The notes under the pieces were generated by a model that worked only from the letters and a program-made list of their open reading frames with translations, had not been told where the DNA came from and searched no databases. A DNA stretch of 62,137 nucleotides, the filler included, from Choristocarpus tenellus KU-1152 (taxonomy: Eukaryota; Protista; Phaeophyceae), in assembly GCA_964200185.2 (NCBI GenBank). It is 9 parts of 9 records of this genome, joined end to end, with 100 filler letters (N's around TTAATTAATTAA, not from the genome) between each part and the next. Parts side by side here need not be neighbours in the genome. Positions count along the whole stretch, not along the records: positions 51,152 to 58,200 come from CAXNAD020006786.1; positions 58,301 to 62,137 come from CAXNAD020017649.1; 7 more parts are not named here. The stretch is one strand, 5' to 3'. Positions 51,152 to 62,137 of this stretch are shown here, in pieces. A program made the position numbers and the translations under genes. Within the stretch, counting starts at the first letter, position 1, and each line of letters starts with the position of its first letter.

Positions 51152-52421
51152 ATGTTCCTTTCGTTCATGTCCCCCTTATCATCAGGGGCTACTCCGAGCG
51201 CCAGAAGATCATGGCCACACACGTCGAAGGCCAGTTTGCGGAGATGTTCTTCACTCCTATCAATCTTGGAGGAGCTACGTACTGTAGAGTAGCGTAAGAG
51301 CTAATCAGTGGGTAGTGGAGATCGCAGACATGTACATCAGCCGTATGGGTGTATGTCCTCTACACTGCATAAACGAATTACATCACCCCTCTTTTTAGCT
51401 CCAAATATACAATACCTAGATGAGCAGAGTACTTTTTACCAACAGTTGTTGAACATCATTGTTCGCGCAGATTGCAACCTTGTCTGCACAGCCACGCACC
51501 TTGCCCCTCACAAGGCTTATCGACAAGTACAGCAACAGCCTCGATGACTCGGGGAGTCGCATCATCCAGCACGCGCATTGGCAGGTAAGAAGGTTTCATC
51601 TTGAGACGACCTACTCAACAGATACTGGCTGAATACCAGTCACCAAGTAACTATCTGCACGGTGTTTGGTTTTGGTTTGTGTGTTGCAACCTGCATGTGT
51701 TATGGCGGAGACGTAGAGCATGCGCTCTAGCAATACTGGAAACCTACCCTGTTCCTCCACGAAACGCGGCGAATTGGGCTGACATATTGGCCTCACGCCC
51801 ATCCCTCCCTCGTCCCGACTCCCCAAACTGGCCAGGTCGACAACTGCGTCTCAGAGAACAAGAACAATTTCTTTCTCGGATACGCGGGGCTGTTGGTTGC
51901 GGCGAGTGTCATTCGTGTTGTCGAGATACATTATAATAACTACCTTCTACGATGGCGGCGACAACATGTTGTGTTTAGTTTAATACATGATGATGTTTTC
52001 AGAGCCTTCCAAGCAGCATGTTGCTGTTGCGATACATATTATTAGTTGTCAATTGTTGTGTGGCAGTCTAAATCCTTTGTTTCCTTTCACGATTTTGAGC
52101 CTCTTGTTATACGGGTTGGTTGTCATTCATAACATACATCACGTACAAACGAATTATAGATTGAAAGGTATGCTTTCAAATTAGAACATATCTGATGCTA
52201 GTAGCATTTAGCAAGTAGTGGCTCTCACCGTTGTCTGTTGTGTCCTGTTCATTGTATACATACTTTTTTCGTTACCAATAACAATGTCGAAGTCTAGGTT
52301 GACGCCGCCTATGGTACGAAGTTTGGCCGCTACGTACATACGTACCGCCTCTAACAAGAAAGATGGTCACGAGATCTTCTCAACTAACCCTAACTTCTTC
52401 TTCTTCTCTTCTTCTTCCTAT

Positions 52422-52957
52422 TAAGCGTGCCAAAACTACACGACAATAACAGCCATTAACGCCAAAAATATACGCGAAGCACAAGCTTTTCATGTATATC
52501 TAGAGTGAAACATTTGTTCGTTCTTCTTTGTGGACTTGATAAGTTTTTTTGGTGGATGTGACCTATTAATAATCCCTTACTGCTTCTACAAACCACATAA
52601 TAACACTCGAATAAATATTTATACTAGTAGAAGAAGACGTATGTATATACGTATGTACTGTATAATGCAATCTGTAGTGCACCATACATATTATTATAAG
52701 AATACCAAAACCGTTACCGGCGCCCCCCCCGGGGGGGGCCGTCTGTCCTTATACCTTAGGCTTGGTCGAGGCCGCTTCCAAATCGTAGCGGTGCCCTCCA
52801 CAAGTACCGAAATACTTTTCAATAAAAATATGTCCGGGTCCTTAAAAGTGCCGAAACATTTTCAAAAAAAAACTATCGGTACTTTTTCCGCACCGTTTTC
52901 GATCAGAACCCATCCTCAATGCCCCGCTCCTTCCTCAATTCTCCAAATCCACTATTA
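52422..52957 (-). mobile_element. Dispersed repeat family C (Helitron2/Helentron-like non-autonomous element)
   Basis: Colinear with 58586-58982 in reverse; subterminal AATAACAGCCATT at 52445-52457 about 25 bp from one end. Confidence 0.6.
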
Positions 52958-55057
52958 GTGAGCAATGTTGTTACAAATTGCCACTCAAATAGGCTAAGTA
53001 AAAGAAAGATATGAGCAACACCTGCCTACACCAAATCAATGCATATTTTCTTTGGGATCCGACCCAGAAGTAAACAACCAAATCGTCGCTCAAATCGGCC
53101 ATTTGATGCATTTGAACACTGTCTCAAAATCACTTATTTTTAATAATTCTTAGGGCTCCAACCCTGTAGTGAAAAAACCTACAATGGATGATCACTCAAA
53201 ATGGGAACATTACAATCCACTGCCTCAAACTCAATCTGTTAATGCAATTAACATCCTCAGCAGTGAAGCGTTCTTCCAAATTTATTGAATCAGTGGGTGA
53301 AGACTTCGTAGCATCTCGTATGTGTTGCACCAAGTCAGCGTATTATTGGCATACATCTGCAATTCAACCATACTCTAAACACCCTTCTACTTTGCAGGTT
53401 TCATCTGGTCGTGTATTGATTCCTGGAAAAATTGATGGTGATTCAGTTTCACACATCACAGTTGATACCGTAACTGACGTTCTGGCCATTAGCTATCGTT
53501 ACATGCAAGCACATCTTACCCTTTCTTCTGCTTACATCAGTCCTATACCAGATGGTGCCCTACATTTAAAAGGGGCTGGGGTTAGACGTTTGCAAGTACA
53601 TAACTTTATTCAATTTCAGCTAACCTTACGAAATAACACACTGCCTGTTCAAGCAGTTGTTATACCTTCCCTAGGTGTTGACAAAAGTACTTTTGGACAA
53701 CAGTATCATGGCTGCCTTTGGAGCGAAGTTGGATTGGGATAGAGAAGAAACAACGTTTTCTGCGGACACAATTTGCATTCCAACTGTTCATAAAATTTCT
53801 CCTGTAAGCATTGATTATTCACCACCCATCACTCAAAATACTGTTCACACATTTTCAACAGACATGTCCATAGATACAGTTTCAACTGAGTTCACCATAC
53901 CGTTACATGTAAGACATAAAACGTATTTACCAGCGGGAACCAAAAACTATTGTTTCATTGTGATCTCAGGCTTTACCTGGATCAGCCAAAGATGCTTTAG
54001 TGGAGCACATTGTCAAGACAAGCATGGACTTCAACAATCAGGAACACCACCACTCTCCATGGAAAGATATCATGGTCAATCGGTCTTTAATTGTTTGGGG
54101 AAAGGATGGATCTTGCCTAGTCAAAATCGCCAACCCTTCCGATCATGGTGTTATGATACCCCCTCATTTTTTGTGTTGTGGGTCATACAGCACCAGTGGA
54201 TCAAATTCTCACCCTTTCTGAAGCACAGACCTGTACCATAGCGTCTACTCCAAATATCCCAGAGGAACTCAAAAATGCCCATGAGATGAGTTTTTAAGTT
54301 TTTCGGTAAAAAGGCCCTGGTAGATACAGTGTTGTTATCTGATAATGAACAAGAACTACTACTTGATCTTGTTGCTAAATATCAACCTGTATTTTCTCTC
54401 ACATGTGACAAACTGGGCTGTTACAATAATACCATTGTTGAATTTCCACTTAATCCAAGGTACGGTTCCTGTGAATCGTCCACCACATCGAACCGCACCA
54501 AAAATACGTGAAAAACAATCCGTAGTTGTGTGGAGGACATGGAAAATCAGGGAATAATACAACCCTCCTCAGGTGCTTGGGCGTTACCGGTAGCCATAGT
54601 TACAAAACCTGTTGGGTCTCCTCGATTCTGTGGAGACTTTAGGCTTTCATCGAACAAATATTTGGCACATAACTCCTGGCTGTTACTATCTATGGAAGAT
54701 TGTTTGGGTACACTAAGAGGAGAAAATACCTGTCATATCTCGATGTTCATTCAGCCCACTGGCAGCTACCCATTACCAACGCCTGTTGACGCCCAAAAAA
54801 ATGCATTTGTCACACCAGATGGGAAATACGTATTCAAAAAGGCTATCTTTTGGTGTTGCTAACGCACCATAGATTTATCAACGCTTCATGTCGGAAACAT
54901 TTTCGACTCTAGGACCGAGTAAGGACTTACTGATTTATCTTGATGACATTGTACTAGCCTCTCCCCAACGTGGAACCGTTATATCCAACTTCTTGAGAGC
55001 GCATTGTTGTTACTGCAGCAAGTAGGAGTTACCCTTAAACCATATAAAGCCCAATTT

Positions 55058-55314
55058 GAGCCAAAGTATCTTAGAGGGTAGAGCCGCGTCCATTAATCCC
55101 AAAGTCCAATGTTGCGATTTCGATGTAATTTTGGCTAAAGTGTTTGTTAGGAAGCGTCAATATCCTTGTTCCGGACGCAACTTTTCATAACGTATACATT
55201 TTACCTACTCCGAAACATTTTGGAGTAGGAAAATGTCATTAAAAAAGACCATGGGAAGCCAAGTCCCAAATGGACAAACAGGGCAAAACTTGTACCCTCA
55301 AGATACTTTCACTC
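55058..55314 (-). mobile_element. MITE family A copy nested in gypsy RT, 4-bp TSD ATTT
   Basis: Removing the element plus one ATTT restores KAQFSSKSILYLG in frame. Confidence 0.93.
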
Positions 55315-55662
55315 ATTTAGCTCAAAATCAATCCTTTATTTGGGAGATGAAGTCAGCCCTAGTGGTGTTGCTGTGTCGTCACCAGATCGAATCCGGGCTA
55401 TTACCGCTCTGAAACTCCTAAATCTGTGAACGAACTACAATCCTTTCTAGGCTCATGAACTTCGTTAGGAAATGTATTCCCCATTTGGATACAATAAGTG
55501 AACCCCTGGTGTCACTTACAAGGAAAAGTACAAAAAAATCTGGAAAAGACCAAAGTCTATCTCATCTATGGGGACGACCACAACAAAATTATTTTAGTGA
55601 ATGTAAACGTCTATTTACTATGGCGCCAGTGTTCAAGCTTTGCAGATTTTACTCAGGAATTC

Positions 55663-55764
55663 ACACTTCCTAACAAACACGATAGCGAAAACTACATCAA
55701 AATCGCAACATTGGATTGTGGCCCCCAAAAGGACGCGGATCTACCCTCTAAGTTACTCTGACTC
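55663..55764 (+). mobile_element. MITE family A right half inside gypsy RNaseH
   Basis: acacttcctaacaaacac...taccctctaagttactctgactc lies between ADFTQEF and FIHVDASD. Confidence 0.8.
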
Positions 55765-56039
55765 AAGTTTTTATTCACGTAGACGCTAGTGATGTTGGCG
55801 TGGGAGCCTTTTTGGCGCACATAAAAATGAACATCTGGCCGTCATTCTTGCCGTAACACATTGGAGTCAATATATTTGGGGTAAGTACTTTACAGTTATA
55901 GGTGTTCATTCGACTTTATGCAAATTACTTCCAACATGTTGACCCAGTGTGTGTTAGCCGTACAAGCCTTTGTTTTCACAGTTTTACATGAACCGGGATG
56001 TTTGCATTACATTGCGGATGTGTTCTCCCCGACACGGTT

Positions 56040-56803
56040 ACCAGTGCGAATGCCCTTCGTCACTGATTTCCAGTCACCCTCCCCATTTGATGATCAACCA
56101 GTGTGAATGCCCTTCGTCACTGATTTCCAGCCATCCCCCACATTTGATGACCAACCAGTGCGAACCCCCTTTGTCACTGATTTCCAGCCATCCCCCCCAT
56201 TATTTGATGACCAACCAGTGCGAATGCCCTTCGTCACTGATTTCCAGTCATCCCCCACATTTGATGACCAACCAGTGCGAACTCCCTTCTTCGCCCCTGA
56301 TCTCCAGTCACCCCCCCCACCTTTCAACCCCACACAAGTTACCACTCCCCTTAACCCCACAGCAGCAGTTCCCACACCACTCAACACCACTTCACAATCA
56401 TTCAAGAACACCCATTCATGATCCACTTCAAACCGTGCCTTTGAGCTAGAAGACATCTACCCCACCGTAACTTGACCTCCCCCCCCCTTACCCAGTGTTC
56501 CCGTCGGTCGTGAGCAAGCGACAGGGTAGGTGGGCGGGAGAGCTTGCTCGGAGGTTGTCTTGGTCTCACCCTCCTCGTCCTGTACCCCTGTTTCTCAGCC
56601 CTCTTATTAAATACTGAACACTCCTTCCCCTTCCCTCTCCCTAACACTCATTTCTTTTAACCTTTTTCCCCTTAGCCAGTCATTCCTCAACTGTTCGTTC
56701 TCTTCCTGCTTCCTTCTTTTTCTTTCCACTACCTTCCCTTGTCCTGTGCCCCCCGTCAACCAGAATTCTTCCGCCCACAAAACTCAGATTACTTCATAAA
56801 CTT
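56040..56803 (+). repeat. Repeat family D copy (about five ~60-bp units plus unique tail)
   Basis: Units CCAGTGCGAA(T/C)(G/C)CCCTTCGTCACTGATTTCCAG(T/C)CATCCCCC..ATTTGATGACCAA; tail ends aaaactcagattacttcataaactt. Confidence 0.85.
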
Positions 56804-57298
56804 TCACTTTTATCTCCACTCATTTACGCGTAAGTTTTTTGAGTGTGTGGACAATTGAAATTGAGCATATTATCTATCTTTGACATTTTGTAGATTTGTC
56901 AGGGGAAAAACCAATGAAAACCATTCTATCCTCCTCATCAACCACTACACGAAAGAGTGCCTTCCAGTCTTTATAAACTCCCAACATTATAACAACAAAC
57001 GTACTTTGAGATGATGACATGGTTCGTATTCTCGTCTTCGGTTTCTGTATTACTGGCGGGAGGTGCTTCTGGACAGGATTGGGAGCCCCATTGACCTCTC
57101 GTTTGCCAGAAGGTGTGGAGATATTACTACGTAATATAACCCCCCCATTTTGCTTAGACATCGTCGCCCTCCACATTGAAGTGAGGACCATGTGAAAGGG
57201 AAGGGAAAGCTTAACGTGATGTTGATATTAAAATTTTCCTGAAATGACTGTAATTTGAGGTGTGAATGGATTCAACAGCAAGTCCACTTGATCTTAGG

Positions 57299-58144
57299 CT
57301 CGTGGTGATGCTCTCTCCATTCGAACCCAGGCTTCGCCAGTGGATGGGCATGTAGCCACCGTGGGAACCTAGGAAGGAGATACTCATGTGGAGTATGGAT
57401 CCAGCGACTAGCCGCGAGGAAAAGTGTCAAACTATTAGCTACAACTGGAGCAGGAGATGACGAGCCCAGCAGGCCCTCCCCACAAGACCTCAAGCGGCAG
57501 GCGGAGGAATTGCGACGGGAAGTCGTGGAGATGGAAGAGGTTGCAGCTAAAACAAGGCGCTTAAGGGAAGACATGACGATACGCGATGAGGTTCCCATCT
57601 ACCCAAGAACCTTACTCAACAGCAGCTGGAAGATTATCACGGAGATCCGTGGTCGCAAAAGCGAAAAGAATCGCATTCCTGTGCAACTGACTTTCAAATG
57701 CCGCTTCCTTGAGGGGAAGAATGTAGTAGAGGTGGAACAGGGACATAGTTTCATCAAGAGGTGGGTCTAAAGTCAGTAGGAATTATGCCCCCTCCTTTAT
57801 CATAACACCTACCCGAGTGAACCGCCCATTTAATGCTCATTTCTATGCGCATCAGGGGCTATGTTTGGGTGCCTGATAGGGACACCAATGATGGTCTGGA
57901 GTATATGGCCTTTGATGTCAAGGTGGAGGGACTCTCAGCAATTCCTGACGGCAAGATGTATCTCAACGCACGCATTGATACCATCAAAGGTTATTTTTCT
58001 CCCTTTACTCCCTGAGCTCCCACTCAATGGGATGCATATTTTGTTTTGTTATTCTTTGGGATGTATGATTTGTCTTCAGATGGGGATCCAGAGTGGATAC
58101 TTAAGAGACACCCTGATGCTCCGCCCAGTGAGGATATGGCTTGT
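57299..58144 (+). pseudogene. Unidentified short-intron gene fragment, truncated by a MITE
   Basis: Phase-compatible exons ...-57760, 57856-57989 and 58080-58144 with about 90-nt GT-AG introns; a coiled-coil stretch then WKIITEIRGRK...FKCRF...GYVWVPD. Confidence 0.4.
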
Positions 58145-58200
58145 GAGTCAAAGTATCTTAGAGGGTAGAGCCGCGTCCATTTGGGGGTCAAAATACAATG
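58145..58200 (-). mobile_element. MITE family A end, cut by gap
   Basis: gagtcaaagtatcttagagggtagagccgcgtccatttggggg. Confidence 0.85.
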
Positions 58201-58300
58201 NNNNNNNNNNNNNNNNNNNNNNNNNNNNNNNNNNNNNNNNNNNNTTAATTAATTAANNNNNNNNNNNNNNNNNNNNNNNNNNNNNNNNNNNNNNNNNNNN
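58201..58300. other. Artificial contig spacer
   Basis: 44N-TTAATTAATTAA-44N. Confidence 0.98.
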
Positions 58301-58374
58301 CTTTTCCGCACCATTTTCGGTCAAAACCATCCTCAATAGTACGCTCCATCCTCAATTTTTAAAATTCACTGTTA
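58301..58374 (-). repeat. Family C terminus (another partial copy at 30203-30260)
   Basis: ccatcctcaat...gctccatcctcaattttt..att..ctgtt is shared with 52909-52957 and 30211-30260. Confidence 0.6.
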
Positions 58375-58585
58375 AATGGGGAGTAGGCAGGTTTGGTCCA
58401 TTTTGCATTTCAAGTCCTCTCTCTTGTCCTGTGCAATACACTGTATTTCATTGCCTTATGTGCACAATAGTGTAAGCAAAAATTATATTCCCCTTTCCAC
58501 ACAAAATTTGACACCACAATTCAGCGAAGACTCTTCCTGCAATAGTAGAAAATAGCATGCTTGTGCCCTTTCTTGGAATCCTTAA

Positions 58586-58982
58586 AATAACAGCCGATAA
58601 TCAAAATTGAGGATGAGCGAGACGCGGATTCGTGTGCGGAAAGTGCACATATGTTTTTTTTTGTATATGTTGCGGCACTTTTGGAGGGCCCCGCTACGAT
58701 TTGGAAGCGACCTTGACCGAGCCAAAGGTACAAGGACAGACGGCCCCGGGGGAACCGGTAACGGTTTGACATGCTTATATGTATCATACACTACATATTG
58801 TATTATACAATACATACATACGTCTTCTTCAACTAGTTATAAATTTTTTTTCAAGGGTGATGTGGTTTGTACAAGAAAGGGATAGATAGGTCACATCCAC
58901 CNNNNNNNNNNTGCGAAGCTTGTACTTCGTATATATTTTTAGCTTTAATGACTGTTATTATCGGGTAATTTTGGCACGCTTA
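58586..58982 (+). mobile_element. Dispersed repeat family C copy
   Basis: Starts AATAACAGCCGAT; inverted AATGACTGTTATT at 58947-58959, followed by a decayed hairpin ...ttttggcacg. Confidence 0.6.
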
Positions 58983-59896
58983 GTAAGCAAGGTCAGTCGC
59001 ACCACTGTCACTACGTTGAGCCGATCTCGTCATCATCTTTTATGTTAGAGGCCGAATGTATGTACCTAGCAGTCAATGTTCATACTAGAGGCGGTGTCGA
59101 CCTACACTTTGACCTTATTATTGGTGATGACAAAAAGTATGTATACAATAAACAGGACACAACAGACAACAGTAAGAGTTTCTCGTTCGCTGGCGCTTTG
59201 CATGTTGACTTGCCTTTAATGTATGTATGTATATCCTCCACCACCGCATAATCGGGTGCTTTAAGCTCCTCCCCCTTTCGTTCCCCCCCTGCCATGCACA
59301 TGCAGTCGCTTTTTTAAGTACAACAAGCCACTGAGCGTGTCAAGGAGATAGATGATGAAAGATCACACAAAATAAAAGAAAATTGCATCGATGTACGGCG
59401 TTTAGGGGGATTGACCAGCCAATCCGCTTGGATAATCTCACGAATGGGGGAGAGCAACATCACGTCTATAAATCAAATAAATCTGTTTAGAGGTGTGAAA
59501 AAATGGCCACTTGTTAACACGTACCAGGTACGTGACAAAAATCGAGTGTAGGTTACAATAAAGGTTTATCTTTGCTCCTCTTTTCTACTGCTGCATTCAA
59601 GGCAAAGACAGTATTATCGGCATGGAAGCAAGTACGTACGTACGGGGCAGGAAGACCGCAACATCACGTGTCCCTCCCACAGCCCGTTGTAGACGACCAA
59701 GAAAGAGTTCATCACCCAAGGTATTTGGGCAACTCATATCAACAGTTTGGCGCTGAGTGAGGCTGCTGCTGCTGCCATAAGCACCTGCATCGGAGTCTTC
59801 ATTCGGAAAAGCCAACAGATGTGAACCCAATGGAGGGCAATGACGGCGACATGTTGCTACTTTACGTTTGTCGCAAAATTAACGCTGGACACTTAC

Positions 59897-61824
59897 CTTT
59901 CGATGGTCTGACAGCTCCTTGTCAATGGACTCGAGGACGGTGGAGTCGTTCGTGGGTTTTACACCAGGCGCACTCTGCCGCTTCTCTTTTAACATGACAT
60001 ATATGTCACATTTCATAAATTCGCCTCCTACCTTCACCCTGATGTTGGGCCTGTCCTCTCTGAGCATTCAGAGGAAGTGGACCTTGCTTACCCGCTTGGA
60101 AGTGCCGTCAGGATACACCCGTATTGCCTCTTTGCAAAAGTCCTTGTACAGCTCCTAATTAATAATGTTGGTTGTGTGGACAAGTGAGGAATTGTTGAGA
60201 AGGAACACTCAAAGAATATCGCTGCATGATCTCTCGAAGGTGGGATGACCAATAACTTAACTGACAAGACGGAAGACAGGATCAAGCAAGCTTACATCGT
60301 GCGTAATGAAAGAGCAAGTAAAATGATCTTCGTAAATCTGCCACGAGCGCCATTCTCTTCGGGTCTCACTGCCGTTTGCAGAAACGTAAAGGAGGTGAAT
60401 CTACCATTATCATCATCATCTTCGCAAAGTCCTTGAGACATACGAAGTACACACAACACTACCGTGTTGGTAGTGAAGGGCGCGTAAATAGTTGAACAGG
60501 TGCTTGCAAATTAATGTGCCCTCTTGATTCTACTGTTGTTCTTACCATCAAACTACGTCTGGTACGTATTATCATCACAGGTGTTTCGTCATGGTGGTGG
60601 CTGAGCTATCGTATTGCTGCTGTATTATTATTGTTTGTTATTGTACAGCCGTCATACTTGTATAAGCCATCTACAAGTATGTATGTCTCATCGACAAGTG
60701 ACTGACGTTACGACATACGTAAGTTGCACGAAGAACCGCTCGCTTGCGCACCCCGTGTGTTGTTCATGGGTGCTCTTGTATTCTTTGCTGGCGCGATGCT
60801 GTACACACAACTAAATCCATGCATGTGGGAAGGTACAGAATAAGAGGCATGTCCAGCAGTGAATGGTTCTATCATCTTTCTGCATGGAGTAGACCGGTCT
60901 CAAAAAAAAAGAAGTTCACATGGTCATCAATTCAGATCTTTTTTTCTGACGATCAATAATTCCCAACGGGACTACGTAACTAGTCTGAACGAAAGAAGCC
61001 AAAGCCATGACAAAGCCATCCCCCTTGAGCTGTGTGTACGTTCCTTCCCGTGCCATGATCGTTTGCAACTGAGAGGTATGGGCACGCTGTCGAACACACC
61101 TTGTTTGCTGGTGGTGCCTATCAATCGATGCCCGTCGGCCCCAAATGAACACCATTTCGAGAAGGACCATACAGACACGCAGCTTATGAGAAACGGCGAT
61201 TTTGTTGCTGTGGTAACATCCATTCGAGAGTGATGATGCAAGATGGTTGAACTTCTAGATCGCGTCGTCATGCATTCACTTGACAGGATGGTCTCCCATC
61301 ATACACAATAAAGTGCCGTCGTAGTAGTAAGGAAAACCGTAACCCGAAATTTCCACACTTTTACTATCAAGGTCAGACCGGGCTCGGGGCCGCAGAGTAG
61401 GTGTACACAACGGTGACATAGCAGTTACTGGGCCTTCCTCCGTAAAAGCGACGGAGAGTATCATCATCATCATTGTAGTCTCGACATTAGAAAGAAAAAA
61501 AAATAGTACTTCATAAGAAGCTTCACATTTTTTTGTAACCATAATCTCAGACCGGTCAAAGTAATAACCACTCACCACTTGAAATACTCCTTCGATCCAC
61601 TCCTTCTACGTACTGCTGGGTCACAGGGCTTGCAACTAACTCCAACGCAGGGTGTGGCCAACCTCTCCACAACCAAGGGCAAACCTACCTCTTTGTTCGC
61701 GGCGTAGATCACAATTGCGGTCTTGTGAGGCATGAACTTCCCATACGTATCCGCCCAGTAGTCTATCCAGGACATCACCAGGTCTCGCTTCGGAGCCATG
61801 TCTTTCTCTTTGTTCCTGCCCTTC
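59897..61824 (-). pseudogene. Spliced Sola-like (DUF7869-type) transposase remnant
   Basis: Exon 61824-61689 (KGRNKEKDMAPKRDLVMSWIDYWADTYGKFMPHKTAIVIYAANKE) splices in phase to 60154-59897 (ELYKDFCKEA...SKVHFL*MLREDRPNIRVKVGGEFMKCDIY...ELSDHRK). In-frame TGA at 60070-60068; the catalytic DDE exons were not found. Confidence 0.55.
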
Positions 61825-62137
61825 CTGTTGTAGTAGCGCACGTATGTATAGATGGATGGGAAATGTGTTAGAGGTGGATATAAGGGACGGGGATGGAATC
61901 GTAGAGGAATCGTAGGCCAGCAGCGGATCTCTTATCCTGTAGGTATTTACACATACATCTAACACATAACTCCACCATGGAGAGATCTCTAACTTTGTAC
62001 ATCAGACATCTAGGCATGGTAACTGCAAACTGATAGTGGCGAGTACGGTCGGATTACATTGTTCTGAGATAGGACTACTGTTCAATCATCAAGCAGGCGA
62101 AAATATATACCGGGTACAAATAACACTGTGTACATAC

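Larger units (their letters stand above)
53560..56035 (+). mobile_element. Decayed Ty3/gypsy pol (protease-RT-RNaseH remnant) interrupted by MITEs
   Basis: PSSGAWALPVAIVTKPVGSPRFCGDFR, AFVTPDGKYVF, IYLDDI near 54933, LQSFLG, ADFTQEF...IHVDASDVGVGAFL, H.PG..HYIADVFS; many stops and frameshifts. Confidence 0.88.

Noticed and set aside
56040-56320. Regular ~60-bp repeats resembling a CRISPR array or a repeat protein (PFVTDFQ...)
   Set aside because: No unique spacers and no cas genes; it is a minisatellite within a dispersed repeat that occurs in both orientations

Overview
Eukaryotic, intron-rich, repeat-rich genomic DNA. Gene content, intron style and TE types suggest a flagellated stramenopile, most plausibly a brown-algal lineage (inference). 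The window is nine short contigs joined by artificial 100-nt spacers (44N-TTAATTAATTAA-44N), so adjacency across spacers is not evidence of linkage. I assembled six spliced host genes by hand: an adenylate/UMP-CMP kinase fused to a nucleoside-diphosphate kinase domain (partial), an LRRC34-like LRR protein (complete), an HSL-type alpha/beta hydrolase (complete), an IQ plus Sfi1-like repeat protein (partial), a PUL-domain protein (3' part) and a U2AF65-like RS/RRM protein (5' part). Mobile DNA includes a deleted Ty1/copia, a decayed Ty3/gypsy, an RTE-like LINE 3' fragment, two related abundant MITE families (one with mixed 3/4-bp TSDs), a Helitron2/Helentron-like non-autonomous family, a foldback minisatellite element, and remnants of a spliced Sola-like DNA transposase. 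The best candidate for an undescribed system is this intron-containing Sola-like transposon, which may carry a divergent ParB-like cargo gene. Non-canonical splicing (GC donors, AAG acceptors, CA-rich 3' ends) and signs of CpG decay are also notable. All family assignments come from motif recognition by eye; no database searches were run.
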